Positions 39,534 through 49,020 of a stretch of 64,000 nt of DNA are shown one piece after another. The notes under the pieces are model-generated. The model was not told where the DNA came from. It saw nothing but the letters and a program-made list of their open reading frames with translations, and did no database searches. Origin of the DNA: an uncultured Methanosarcinales archaeon. GTDB taxonomy: Archaea > Nanobdellota > Nanobdellia > Woesearchaeales > CAZOXR01. The stretch covers positions 1-64,000 of the forward strand of contig CAZMIO010000003.1 of NCBI GenBank assembly GCA_964566535.1, in the 5' to 3' direction. The translations under genes and the position numbers were made by a program. Positions within the stretch are counted from its first letter, which is position 1, and every line of letters begins with the position of its first letter.

Positions 39534-39865
39534 ATAAAGAGATTTCTGTTGCGTTTGTTAACCAGAAATTAAAACACGATTTTAACTTATTAAAAGAAGG
39601 AAATTTTGAAGATAAAAAATTATATGAGTTTATTGATAGGGCCCTAGATGATCTGAAGAAAAACCCTTCCTGCGGTACAAAAATTCCTAAGAAATTATGG
39701 CCAAAAGAGTATATTCAGAAATATGAGATAACTAATCTATGGAAATATGATTTACCTAACGCTTGGAGATTAATTTATATCATTGAAACAGATGAAATTA
39801 TGATTATGAATATAATTCTGGAGTGGTTCTCTCACAAGGAATACGAGAGAAGATTCAAATATTAG
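39530..39865 (+). CDS. RelE/ParE-like toxin
   Basis: LKKNPSCG, LWKYDLPNAWRLIY, HKEYERRF. Confidence 0.65.
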   Translation: MNKEISVAFVNQKLKHDFNLLKEGNFEDKKLYEFIDRALDDLKKNPSCGTKIPKKLWPKEYIQKYEITNLWKYDLPNAWRLIYIIETDEIMIMNIILEWFSHKEYERRFKY

Positions 39866-39901
39866 TTTTTCCTTCTTTCACACTCACGTAAAAACAACAA
39901 A

Positions 39902-39974
39902 CGCCCGTGCCGGGAATCGAACCCGGGTCTGAAGGTCCGCAACCTCCTATTCTGATCCACTATACTACACGGGC
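39902..39974 (-). tRNA. tRNA-Arg(GCG)
   Basis: GCCCGTG/CACGGGC acceptor stem, GGAGG-TTGCGGA-CCTTC anticodon arm, GGTTCGATTCC T arm. Confidence 0.95.
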
Positions 39975-39980
39975 AATAAA

Positions 39981-41528
39981 TCAATTAAACTTCTTCAAAC
40001 TAACTTGACCTTTCCGCCTACTAACCTTAACCTCTTTAAACTCCTGCCCAACCTGCTTCTTAACATCAACAGCAGTCTTTCCACCCAAAATCTGTTTCAA
40101 CTTAGAAATATCAGCTTTCTTAACATCTGAAACATCTTTAATTCCATTAAAGAACAACTTACGACCTCTAGCTCTACCTACACCTCTAAACTTCAAGAGT
40201 GGAATCAACTCTTCCCTAACTCCATGCTTAAACCTAACCCTCAATTTCTTAAGTTCTGTCCCTAAATTCTTTAAAGCCAACATCCTACTCATCTCATCAC
40301 AAAAGTAAAGCAGCCAATCACCAATCCCTAGTTTAACTCTTAATTCACCAGGCCGAACACTATACTCTTCAAGTAAATACTCTTCATCTTTCTCATTAAT
40401 CCAGTCTTTAAACATCAAAGCAGTCTTAACACTAGACAAAAAGTCCTCATAATCAGGATCATACATCACAGGTTCTTTCTCAAGCAATGAATCGCCATAC
40501 TGAAGTAAAGCCTCTTGCACTTTATCATATTCCTTAACCTTAACCCTAAGTGTAGGCCGCATCTCAAGTGTATGACTTAACATCTGTAAAAAAGACAGTT
40601 CAGATATCTTTCCACCCTTCTTCAAACAATCAATAATAAAATTAGCAGTAAGTGGATCAATATAAAGTTCAGAAACTCTTTTACCGATAAGCGTAGCTTT
40701 ATACTTCTCATTCCCAATCTCATCAGCACTCTGAAAGTCATCAGTCTTACCACTCTTAATAAATTCCCAATCCTCAAGCATAGTAAGCATCCTCTCAATC
40801 ATACCTTCAATCTTATCCATTTCTTCAAACTGATGAGCCCAAAAAGTCTTAGAAAAAAAGTCAATTATCTGTTCCTTCGAACTAACAAAATCAGAAGCAA
40901 TTAAACTAAGTAAATAAGTCCTAAGCGCAGGCTCAACAGCTAACTTAGAATGAATATCTTCTGCCTCCCCAGTAATATACCTATTATAAATCTCATCCCT
41001 ATCACTTTCAGTAGCAGCAATACAAATAGCCTCCCCCCTAGTATCATATCCAGGCCTTCCAGCCCGACCAAACATCTGATGAGCCTCTAAGACAGGAATA
41101 AAATTCAAACCATGCTGACCGTACCTTTTTAGGTCTCTCATTATAACTCTATAAGCAGGCAAATTAACTCCCCAAGCTAAAGTTGGAGTACAACTAATAA
41201 TCTTAACATGACCTTTCTTAAAATTAGTCTCAATAATCTCCTTCTGTTTAGAAGTAAGCCCAGCGTGATGAAAAGCAACACCTTTCTTAATACATTTACT
41301 CAACCTATTACACTGCTTAGTAGCCTTAGGCAGATGCAAAACATCCAAACTCAAATTTTCCAACTCAACATCTGTACTTTTCAACCTCTTAGCAATCTCC
41401 TCAGCATTCTTCTCAGCCCCTCGTTTAGTCCCAACAAATACCAAAGCCTGCTTCCCAATCTTAATAGTATCTAAAGCAATGTTCAAACTAGGATTGTCAG
41501 TCTTCTCAGAAATCTTGATTGAATTCAT
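39981..41528 (-). CDS. Hel308/Ski2-like helicase lacking the first RecA domain
   Basis: FHHAGL, TPTLAWGVNLPA, QMFGRAGRP, C-terminal HhH; no Walker A or DExH. Confidence 0.85.
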   Translation of the reverse strand: MNSIKISEKTDNPSLNIALDTIKIGKQALVFVGTKRGAEKNAEEIAKRLKSTDVELENLSLDVLHLPKATKQCNRLSKCIKKGVAFHHAGLTSKQKEIIETNFKKGHVKIISCTPTLAWGVNLPAYRVIMRDLKRYGQHGLNFIPVLEAHQMFGRAGRPGYDTRGEAICIAATESDRDEIYNRYITGEAEDIHSKLAVEPALRTYLLSLIASDFVSSKEQIIDFFSKTFWAHQFEEMDKIEGMIERMLTMLEDWEFIKSGKTDDFQSADEIGNEKYKATLIGKRVSELYIDPLTANFIIDCLKKGGKISELSFLQMLSHTLEMRPTLRVKVKEYDKVQEALLQYGDSLLEKEPVMYDPDYEDFLSSVKTALMFKDWINEKDEEYLLEEYSVRPGELRVKLGIGDWLLYFCDEMSRMLALKNLGTELKKLRVRFKHGVREELIPLLKFRGVGRARGRKLFFNGIKDVSDVKKADISKLKQILGGKTAVDVKKQVGQEFKEVKVSRRKGQVSLKKFN

Positions 41529-41589
41529 AGAAAATATGAACAAATGAAGGTTTATATATTTTGTCAGTGCGAGCAAAGCAAGCTAACAT

Positions 41590-42284
41590 TACACCGTTTT
41601 TATTTAAAATTTCAAACCATTGGAAAAACAATTAAAACCGTATTGGGAAAATTAATTAAAATTTCAACCAAAAACACATAGAAATTATCAACGTAAATAC
41701 TTTCTACCTAACGTACCTAAACTAGCCGCTGCTACTAATGCTGCCCCGACAACTCCAACTACCTCTAAAGTCGTACCTTCTGCTGCATTAGCATGCTCAA
41801 CAGTAAGTTGATTTTCAACCACACCAACAGTCCTCTTAGCAGCTCTCTGTTCATAATCATCCGTCACATCATATCCTAATCGCACACTCTTTAGTCCATC
41901 AGCAATCCTGTTAACCTCAGATGTATCAACGCGATCATGTGCCAAACCTCTAATCGAGGCCTCTAAATGAGATAGGCTTTCCGCACTAGGGCCCCCAACT
42001 TCTACACTTAAATCAAAAGCTTCTTTTTGCACAGGATCAAATACTTCACTAAGCTCATCTCTCATTTGATCGCTATTAGCAAAGAGCAGATAAGCCACCC
42101 CTCCACCACCAACAATTCCCAAAACATATAAGCCTGGCTCTACATACCTCATTGCATCATGTCCTCTAGTGGGTGCGTCTTCCATGTTACATCCATAATA
42201 AACTATTCTTTAAAAAGTTTATTCTAAACCTACACCGTTTTTTATTTAAATTTAAAAATTTCAAACCATTGGAAAAACAATTAA
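41590..42284. repeat. Direct repeats flanking a single orphan gene
   Basis: TACACCGTTTTT(T)ATTTAAA plus 30-bp identical core at 41606..41635 and 42255..42284. Confidence 0.75.
41688..42185 (-). CDS. Hypothetical two-TM membrane protein
   Basis: Hydrophobic segments at both termini. Confidence 0.65.
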   Translation of the reverse strand: MEDAPTRGHDAMRYVEPGLYVLGIVGGGGVAYLLFANSDQMRDELSEVFDPVQKEAFDLSVEVGGPSAESLSHLEASIRGLAHDRVDTSEVNRIADGLKSVRLGYDVTDDYEQRAAKRTVGVVENQLTVEHANAAEGTTLEVVGVVGAALVAAASLGTLGRKYLR

Positions 42285-42300
42285 GAACATAACAAATCAA

Positions 42301-44193
42301 TCAAACAACCTTAACCCTCCACTCATAACTAACCTTCTCTTCACCATCACTAACAGTAACCCTAACTCTTTTATTCCCTTTACTAGTCCACGTTCTCTTA
42401 ACCTTACTCTTCCCATCAAACTTATCAAAAAACCCAAAATCCCATTTATACCCTAACCTATCCTTATCCCAATCAATAGCATCAACGGAAAACACAATCG
42501 GAACACCAGCCTTAACCTTAACTCCATCCAAAGGATTAGTCCTATTTATCACAGGCACCCTATTCACATTATTAACAAACACTAATAAACCTTGAGTATC
42601 AGAGGAATCACCATCAGAAACACTCAAAACAATATTTGCATATGCCTCATCTCCCTTAGAAACAAAATCATAATCAGGCACCCACTTAAACAAATTACCT
42701 TCAATCTCACCATAGCTAGAATTATCAACAAAAAACGTAAGTGAATCTCTATCAGCATCACTAGCACCTAACTCAACAACTAACTCTTCACCTTCTCTAA
42801 CATTCCTCTCACGTAAAGCCTTAAAGACAGGAGCCCTATTGGATTTCCTAACAATAACCTTAACATCCTCGCTATCACTCAACCAACCATCAGAAGCACT
42901 AACCTTAACCGTATACTCTCCTGCATCCCCATATGTAGTCCACCTACTAACACCATTCATCCATCCAGAATAACTAAACTTCAACTCATCACCATCAGGA
43001 TCTGATGCCTCAGCCTTAATAATAACTTCCTCACCTTCATTAACCACAATATTATCCAAAGAAACAACATCAGGAACTCTATTAACATCCTTAACAACAA
43101 AAGTAACCCTAGAAGAACTTTCTAACTCCAAACCCTTAACCTTAAAATCAACTGTAAAAGCTTCACTAACTAAATGATACTTGTCAAGCACATCATTAAC
43201 TACTCCTTCTCGCATAACAGCATCATAACCAGGATACCAAGAAAAAACATCCCCATCAATAGAAGCACCAGAAGGCATATCATCAGCACTATACGTCAAA
43301 GCATCAGAATCAGGATCACTCCCATTTAATTTAATAGTTACTTTCTGATCTTCCCGTAAAAACACCATTCTGTCAATCCTAAGATCAGGTTTTCTATCAA
43401 CATTATTCACCTTAATATTCACAGTTTTGCTCTCTTCATACTCTCCATCATATACCTTAATCTCAACCTCATGCTCCCCGCCATCATCATAACCAGTTTT
43501 CCACACACCATCATTACCAATCGGTTCAGAAATATTATATTCAAGATTATACTTACTAAAATCAGGTAACTTCAACCTAACAATCTCCTGCTCATCAACT
43601 TCAACGTCAACAAACTCCTCAAGTACAACACCCCTATCAACATCTTCAACATCAACTAACCACTCATGGGATGCAGCAGAATCCCCATCTGATGCAAAAG
43701 CATTAACAGTTCTTTCTCCTTCTTGATCATAACCAATAAAATATGTAAAAGAATCTCCTTCACCAACCCGTTCAGAATCAATCTCCCAATAATAAGTTAA
43801 TTCATCCCCGTTAACATCACTTGCACTTACGCTAAACTCAATCTTCTCAGTCTCTTTAAAACTAAGCTCATAAGAATCAGGTGAAAACAAAACAATTGTA
43901 GGGGCCTCTTCTTTCTTCTCAACAATTAACAAAACTTCTTCAGTAGTAGAGGCTTCACTGTCAGAAACAGTAACTGAAGTTTCATACTCTCCAAAATCCC
44001 CATAATTAGTCTGCCATTCCCCTTCAGAATCTAGGGGCTCAGAAAAACTATATGTTATCTCATCATCATCTGGATCATAAGCTTGAGGTTCTAATTTAAC
44101 TAAATCAGTTTCCTCAACAACTATTTCTTTAACAGCATACACACTGCCAATCACCAACAATACCAACAATAGTACCAACCCTTTCTTCATCAT
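42301..44193 (-). CDS. Secreted protein with tandem cadherin/Ig-like repeats and C-terminal PKD domain
   Basis: Signal peptide; repeated DPDGDEL.Y, V.VSDG, NR.P; WDFG. Confidence 0.75.
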   Translation of the reverse strand: MMKKGLVLLLVLLVIGSVYAVKEIVVEETDLVKLEPQAYDPDDDEITYSFSEPLDSEGEWQTNYGDFGEYETSVTVSDSEASTTEEVLLIVEKKEEAPTIVLFSPDSYELSFKETEKIEFSVSASDVNGDELTYYWEIDSERVGEGDSFTYFIGYDQEGERTVNAFASDGDSAASHEWLVDVEDVDRGVVLEEFVDVEVDEQEIVRLKLPDFSKYNLEYNISEPIGNDGVWKTGYDDGGEHEVEIKVYDGEYEESKTVNIKVNNVDRKPDLRIDRMVFLREDQKVTIKLNGSDPDSDALTYSADDMPSGASIDGDVFSWYPGYDAVMREGVVNDVLDKYHLVSEAFTVDFKVKGLELESSSRVTFVVKDVNRVPDVVSLDNIVVNEGEEVIIKAEASDPDGDELKFSYSGWMNGVSRWTTYGDAGEYTVKVSASDGWLSDSEDVKVIVRKSNRAPVFKALRERNVREGEELVVELGASDADRDSLTFFVDNSSYGEIEGNLFKWVPDYDFVSKGDEAYANIVLSVSDGDSSDTQGLLVFVNNVNRVPVINRTNPLDGVKVKAGVPIVFSVDAIDWDKDRLGYKWDFGFFDKFDGKSKVKRTWTSKGNKRVRVTVSDGEEKVSYEWRVKVV

Positions 44194-44217
44194 CCTTACC
44201 TCAAATAGAATATAAAA

Positions 44218-45756
44218 TCAGCCAAGTATTATATCTTCAATAACAGGAGCCCTGTTAACATTCTCCACAACAACTCTAACTGTTATACTATCACTATCAA
44301 TACCATCACTAGCACTTATAACAACATGATATTCACCAGCATCATCATATGATGTCTCCCACTCCCTATCATCACCAACTGGGTCTGAAATTGTATAACT
44401 TAATTCATCTCCATCAAAATCACTTCCTTCAGGAGTAATCACAACAGTTTCTGTCTCCCTAACATGAATGTCTTCCATTACAACTAATGTAGGCCTCCTA
44501 TTGACATTATCCACATTTATTACCCATTCATTCTCAATCTCTGAAGTTCCATCACTTACGGTAACTAGTAGGAAATGCCCACCAGCATCATCGTATTCTG
44601 GATTATACACATATTTAGTATCAGATGATACAACTAATCCATCTAGTTTCCAGCTATACTTCAATTCATCATCATTAAGGTCTGTCGCACTCACAATAAA
44701 CTCAATATTACTATTCTCAGAAACCCCTACACTACCTTCTTCAGGAGTATAACTCTCAAATGAAGGAGATTCTTCCCTTTTATTAACTAATATTAAAACA
44801 TCCTTCGAATCAGATAAACTTCCATCTGAAACTGTAACTGTAATTGTATATTCTCCAATATCTCCATAAGTGGTCTGCCATTCACCATTACTCTCAATTG
44901 GAGATGTATAATCATAAGTCAACCCGTCATTATCAGGATCATAAGCCTGAGGTTTTAACTTCACTAAATCAGTTTCAGAAACAATAAGAACTCCTACTTT
45001 TTCATCCCTTATAGGAATAGAGTCAGTATCTACTGTTTCAAGACCACCATCAACTACTTCTTCCTCATGTTCGATTACAACTGGTTCTACCGGATCCTCA
45101 ATAACTTCATCATCAATAACAATATCTTCTTCGCTTATTACAACTGGCCCCTCAATAACTTCTTCAGGAACAACAATATCTTCACCTTCAATAATAATCT
45201 CTACATCAACCACTTCAATAACTGGTTCTTCAATAATTTCCACAACAACTGGTTCTTCTTTCTCAATTACTCCCTGACCAACAAATCTAAGCTTAATATC
45301 AATAACATCAGCACTCTCAGGAATACTCTCTTCTAAAATTACAATCTCACTAGGATTACTATCAGCATCATCAGGCTCTAAAGTAATCATTACAGTTCTT
45401 GTATTAAGGATGTCTTCACTTGACATCTCAGATGTTAACTCCCCTTCACCTTCGCTATCAATACTAACTACTCCAACACTAGCTAGGAATTCAGTCTCTT
45501 TGTCTAATATCCAAGCTTCATAATAATAGTCTTCTTGCTGGGCCAACCCCTCAACATTAACAATAACTATACCTTCAATAGAATCAAGCGTAACAATTCC
45601 TTTTACATTATCTTCCACAAAAATATCTTCAATCGGTACAAAAGAAACACCTTCTTTACTAGGGTCGTAAGGCTCACATCCACTTAAGAATAACATAGAA
45701 ACTATTAACAACATAAAATAGAAATTCAATCTAAACTTCATCCTAAACCCCTTCAT
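44218..45756 (-). CDS. Lipoprotein with acidic linker and cadherin/Ig-like repeats
   Basis: LSGC lipobox, YEAWI..ITLEP domain, repeats paralogous to 42301..44193. Confidence 0.7.
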   Translation of the reverse strand: MKGFRMKFRLNFYFMLLIVSMLFLSGCEPYDPSKEGVSFVPIEDIFVEDNVKGIVTLDSIEGIVIVNVEGLAQQEDYYYEAWILDKETEFLASVGVVSIDSEGEGELTSEMSSEDILNTRTVMITLEPDDADSNPSEIVILEESIPESADVIDIKLRFVGQGVIEKEEPVVVEIIEEPVIEVVDVEIIIEGEDIVVPEEVIEGPVVISEEDIVIDDEVIEDPVEPVVIEHEEEVVDGGLETVDTDSIPIRDEKVGVLIVSETDLVKLKPQAYDPDNDGLTYDYTSPIESNGEWQTTYGDIGEYTITVTVSDGSLSDSKDVLILVNKREESPSFESYTPEEGSVGVSENSNIEFIVSATDLNDDELKYSWKLDGLVVSSDTKYVYNPEYDDAGGHFLLVTVSDGTSEIENEWVINVDNVNRRPTLVVMEDIHVRETETVVITPEGSDFDGDELSYTISDPVGDDREWETSYDDAGEYHVVISASDGIDSDSITVRVVVENVNRAPVIEDIILG

Positions 45757-45970
45757 TTTAATTTACTATTCTAAAATGCTAACTGGTATATAAACTTTAT
45801 GGTAGTTAAAACTATAGGTGTAAAATACAAGTCATCAAGAATCAGTAATGAAAAAGAAAAAATGGGCTTTTACATTAATCTACAATGATTTTGAACTCTT
45901 ATTTAATTCTATTATTTTCTCATCACCTAATGAATTTTTCAGCTATCAAATCATAATTTCATACCACAAC

Positions 45971-46003
45971 CCACTGGACATGGACCCTCGAAAGGTATAT
46001 AAA
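45971..46003 (+). promoter_or_regulatory. Conserved 33-bp motif upstream of second LAGLIDADG gene
   Basis: CCACTGGACATGGACCCTCGAAAGGTATATAAA; 29/33 identical to 35060..35092(-). Confidence 0.75.
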
Positions 46004-46046
46004 TCATTTACATAGTCAAAAAGAGTGATTAATCAGTGATTCAAAA

Positions 46047-46700
46047 ATGGAATTGAATAAAAAAATTGTTTTTCAGAATATGGATGAAATTGCAAGAATA
46101 CATGCCCATATATCTGGAGATGGATGTGTTTATACGAAGAATAGTAAAAGATCTCCAAGAAGTCTTTTAAAACATCCAAGAAAGAAACTTTATCAAACCA
46201 CATGGGTAATTGAGTACACCAATACATGTAGGGGACTGTTAGAAGAATTTAATCGTGATATGAAAGTTGCTTTTAATAGAAAAGGACAGTGGGCAAGCAA
46301 ATATCATAGAATAAGAGTTGATACAGTTAAATGGATTCTAGAGTTACTTGAACTTAAAGGAAAAAATTCCTACAATTGGAATATTCCCAAATATATCCTA
46401 AATTCCAATAAAAAAGTGATTTCTACGTGGATAAGGGCGTTTTTTGATGATGAATCAACTGTAACAAATACTGGGATGATTAGAGTAAAATCAGTAAATA
46501 AAGCAGGATTATCTCAAGTGAGAGAACTGTTGTACAGGTTTGGAATTGAAACAAGATTAACAGGACCAAATTGTGATAACACGTATTATTTGAGTGTTTA
46601 TAAGAGGTGTGGACCAATTTATCAAAAATATATAGGATTTAATCATCCTGCAAAGAAAGAAAAGATTCATAGAATAATAAGTGGGTCCGGGGCGATTTGA
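46047..46700 (+). CDS. Free-standing LAGLIDADG homing endonuclease
   Basis: HAHISGDG and WIRAFFDDES, YIGFNHPAKK; last codons overlap tRNA-Ile. Confidence 0.85.
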   Translation: MELNKKIVFQNMDEIARIHAHISGDGCVYTKNSKRSPRSLLKHPRKKLYQTTWVIEYTNTCRGLLEEFNRDMKVAFNRKGQWASKYHRIRVDTVKWILELLELKGKNSYNWNIPKYILNSNKKVISTWIRAFFDDESTVTNTGMIRVKSVNKAGLSQVRELLYRFGIETRLTGPNCDNTYYLSVYKRCGPIYQKYIGFNHPAKKEKIHRIISGSGAI

Positions 46701-46770
46701 ACGCCCGACCACTCGATATCTAAGTCAGACTTATCAGTCGAGCGCACCAGCCGGACTATGCTACGGACCC
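46682..46770 (-). tRNA. tRNA-Ile(GAT) with 14-nt intron at 37/38 (46718..46731)
   Basis: GGGTCCG/CGGACCC acceptor; CTCGA-CTGATA[AGTCTGACTTAGAT]A-TCGAG; CUGA/UUAG central helix with 3-nt bulges (BHB). Confidence 0.92.
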
Positions 46771-46848
46771 ATCGTAATCAAGTAAAATTCGTTGTTTTAA
46801 AAAGATTTCGTAGAAAACTATTTATATAGTCCTATTTTAATAGATTTT

Positions 46849-47160
46849 ATGAAAAAATCACCCTTTCTACTCCTAATAATCATCTTAGTCTCAGGTTGCA
46901 CATCAACCCTTACAGGAAGTGCAGTCCAGGAAAACATAGAAATCTCAACACCAGATATTGTCTGCAAAGACTCAGATGGTGGAGATGTCATTGACATCCA
47001 AGGCACAGTAATCATAGAAGTAAAAGGAAACACCTGGAAAAACTACACCGATACTTGTGTAAACGCAGAATCAATCATGGAATATTTCTGCCAAGACGGA
47101 GCATACATCAGCAAAAAGTACAACTGCGACAATGCTTGTATAAATGGTATGTGCAGGTAA
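46849..47160 (+). CDS. Cys-rich lipoprotein
   Basis: VSGC lipobox; CKDSDGG...DTC..EYFC..C.NAC.NGMC. Confidence 0.7.
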   Translation: MKKSPFLLLIIILVSGCTSTLTGSAVQENIEISTPDIVCKDSDGGDVIDIQGTVIIEVKGNTWKNYTDTCVNAESIMEYFCQDGAYISKKYNCDNACINGMCR

Positions 47161-47205
47161 TACTTCTTAATATTTATTAATAACTCAAGATTACCATTTC
47201 TTGAC

Positions 47206-47964
47206 ATGACTCAAAAAGTAGCAATAACTGGACCTTATGGTGCAATTGGAACCGTTCTAATGAACAGGCTAGAAGGTTATGAACGTATCCCGTTAGATAG
47301 AGAAGACTATGATATCAGCGATATAACTAGAGTCAGAGCAGGAATTAACGGGTGTGACACAGTAATCCATTTAGCATTGGACCCAGAAATAGAAAACATA
47401 GGTCTTGCTAATGTTCGTGAAAAAGACGATCCGGAATACCATCGGGTTTTAGCAAGAAATGTTTTAAACGCTTCTAGCGAATCAGATACGGTAAGAAGGG
47501 TAATATTGGCAAGTTCAATCCATGCTTTAAATTATGCTAATTGGAAAGGCCCTGGTTATTTATCCCCGGACCACGATACAGAATTATTTAGAAATAAAAA
47601 ATTCGACCCTACTAATTCATACGGTCGGACAAAAAGGTATATTGAAGGGAAAGGAAGAGAATTTACTGAATTAGACACACAAGAAAGAGATTCACCTTTA
47701 GAAGTCGTTTGTGTTAGATTTGGTGGTGTGAATGAAGAAGACCTACCTCTTTGGCCAGATTATCAGAGAATATATCTAAGCCATAGAGATTTAGTGAACT
47801 TAATATCAACTATATTACAAACTCCAGTTAATCCAGGAAGCTTTTCAGTTGTTTATGGAGTTTCAAATAATCAGACTCGCGTTCATGATTATTCAAAGCC
47901 TTTTGAATGGACCCCACTAGATGATGCAGTTAAAATAGCTCAAGAAAAAATGACTCCTACTTAA
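47206..47964 (+). CDS. NAD-dependent epimerase/dehydratase family protein
   Basis: ITGPYGAIG, VIHLA, ASS, YGRTK. Confidence 0.85.
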   Translation: MTQKVAITGPYGAIGTVLMNRLEGYERIPLDREDYDISDITRVRAGINGCDTVIHLALDPEIENIGLANVREKDDPEYHRVLARNVLNASSESDTVRRVILASSIHALNYANWKGPGYLSPDHDTELFRNKKFDPTNSYGRTKRYIEGKGREFTELDTQERDSPLEVVCVRFGGVNEEDLPLWPDYQRIYLSHRDLVNLISTILQTPVNPGSFSVVYGVSNNQTRVHDYSKPFEWTPLDDAVKIAQEKMTPT

Positions 47965-48688
47965 AACTATCAAGAACTTCTTCTTCCATAAAATGCAACT
48001 TACCAGGAATTATCAAACTCTGAGGAAACTCTTTGATCTTAACCTTCTCTAAATCCTTAATCTTCCCTACCTTAATAACTGGCTTGTCAGAACCCAACCT
48101 AGCACAACCAACAGCCAAAATGTCCTTACTAACTCCATTCTCAACTAAATACTTAGCAGCCTCATTCACAGATAAAAACTTCTCATTAATAGGATCTAAA
48201 TCAAGCAAAAACAAAGTATGCAAACCTAACTTCTGATTACCTTTAAGGGCATCAATAGGACTCTTAACATTAGCGTGATGAAACGGAATAGAAGTTACCT
48301 TCCCAAATTTATATAATTCCAACCCAGTAATCCCAACAGCAGTCAGAACAGACGCATTATTAACTACTCCCACCTTAATCTTCTTCTCCCGAGCCCGAGT
48401 CATCAAATCAGTATGAGTCGTAGCAGAAAAAACATCTCCAATAACCAAAAAAGCAACATCTGACTTCAAGGCACTAGAAAGCATCTCATCAGCCTTCTTC
48501 TCAACCATATCCCTATCAGCAACAATAACCTTCTTACCATAAAGCTTCTCCATCTTCTTCAAACTAGAATTTAACTTAGAAGTATAACTCTCAAGATAAA
48601 CTTTAGAGCATTTCTTAACTATAGAAAGACCCTTCAAACTAATATCTTTCTCATCATTAAGTCCGATTCCAATTAAGTACAATACCAT
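47957..48688 (-). CDS. dph5: Diphthine synthase
   Basis: LYLIGIGL, YLESYTS, GDVFSATTH, GLELYKFG, HTLFLLD, GKLHFMEEE. Confidence 0.95.
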   Translation of the reverse strand: MVLYLIGIGLNDEKDISLKGLSIVKKCSKVYLESYTSKLNSSLKKMEKLYGKKVIVADRDMVEKKADEMLSSALKSDVAFLVIGDVFSATTHTDLMTRAREKKIKVGVVNNASVLTAVGITGLELYKFGKVTSIPFHHANVKSPIDALKGNQKLGLHTLFLLDLDPINEKFLSVNEAAKYLVENGVSKDILAVGCARLGSDKPVIKVGKIKDLEKVKIKEFPQSLIIPGKLHFMEEEVLDSFK

Positions 48689-48727
48689 AAGAATAAGGTA
48701 AAAGAAATAGTATATAAATATAGGCTA

Positions 48728-48979
48728 TTATCTTTGTCTTTGGTATTCTGTCACCTTACCTCGTCCTTGATCTGTAAGAAAATAAACCTCATCCATACCT
48801 AAACCAAGAGACCTCCTTACTTCAACATCTCCTTCATCTGCCATGTCTCTTAATACAACACGATTTCTATCAGTTAAGTACGAACCAATAACTCCATGCA
48901 CACCTAGGCCTTCCTCAGCCCCTAAAATTTCTGCCCTAACTGCATTCCTCTCTGCTTGAATATTCATTAAAATCACCAA
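48728..48979 (-). CDS. Hypothetical protein
   Basis: 83-aa ORF. Confidence 0.45.
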   Translation of the reverse strand: MVILMNIQAERNAVRAEILGAEEGLGVHGVIGSYLTDRNRVVLRDMADEGDVEVRRSLGLGMDEVYFLTDQGRGKVTEYQRQR

Positions 48980-49020
48980 TAAACAGAAACTAAAACATAT
49001 ATAAAAACTTACCTCTTCTC

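Larger units (their letters stand above)
39173..39909. mobile_element. Mini-island at tRNA-Arg 3' end, bounded by 21-bp direct repeats
   Basis: TAAAAACAACAAACGCCCGTG at 39173..39193 and 39889..39909. Confidence 0.7.

Noticed and set aside
45851..45868. Possible displaced tRNA 3' end plus terminator upstream of LAGLIDADG 2
   Set aside because: Match to the tRNA end is only 4-5 nt; not supportable.
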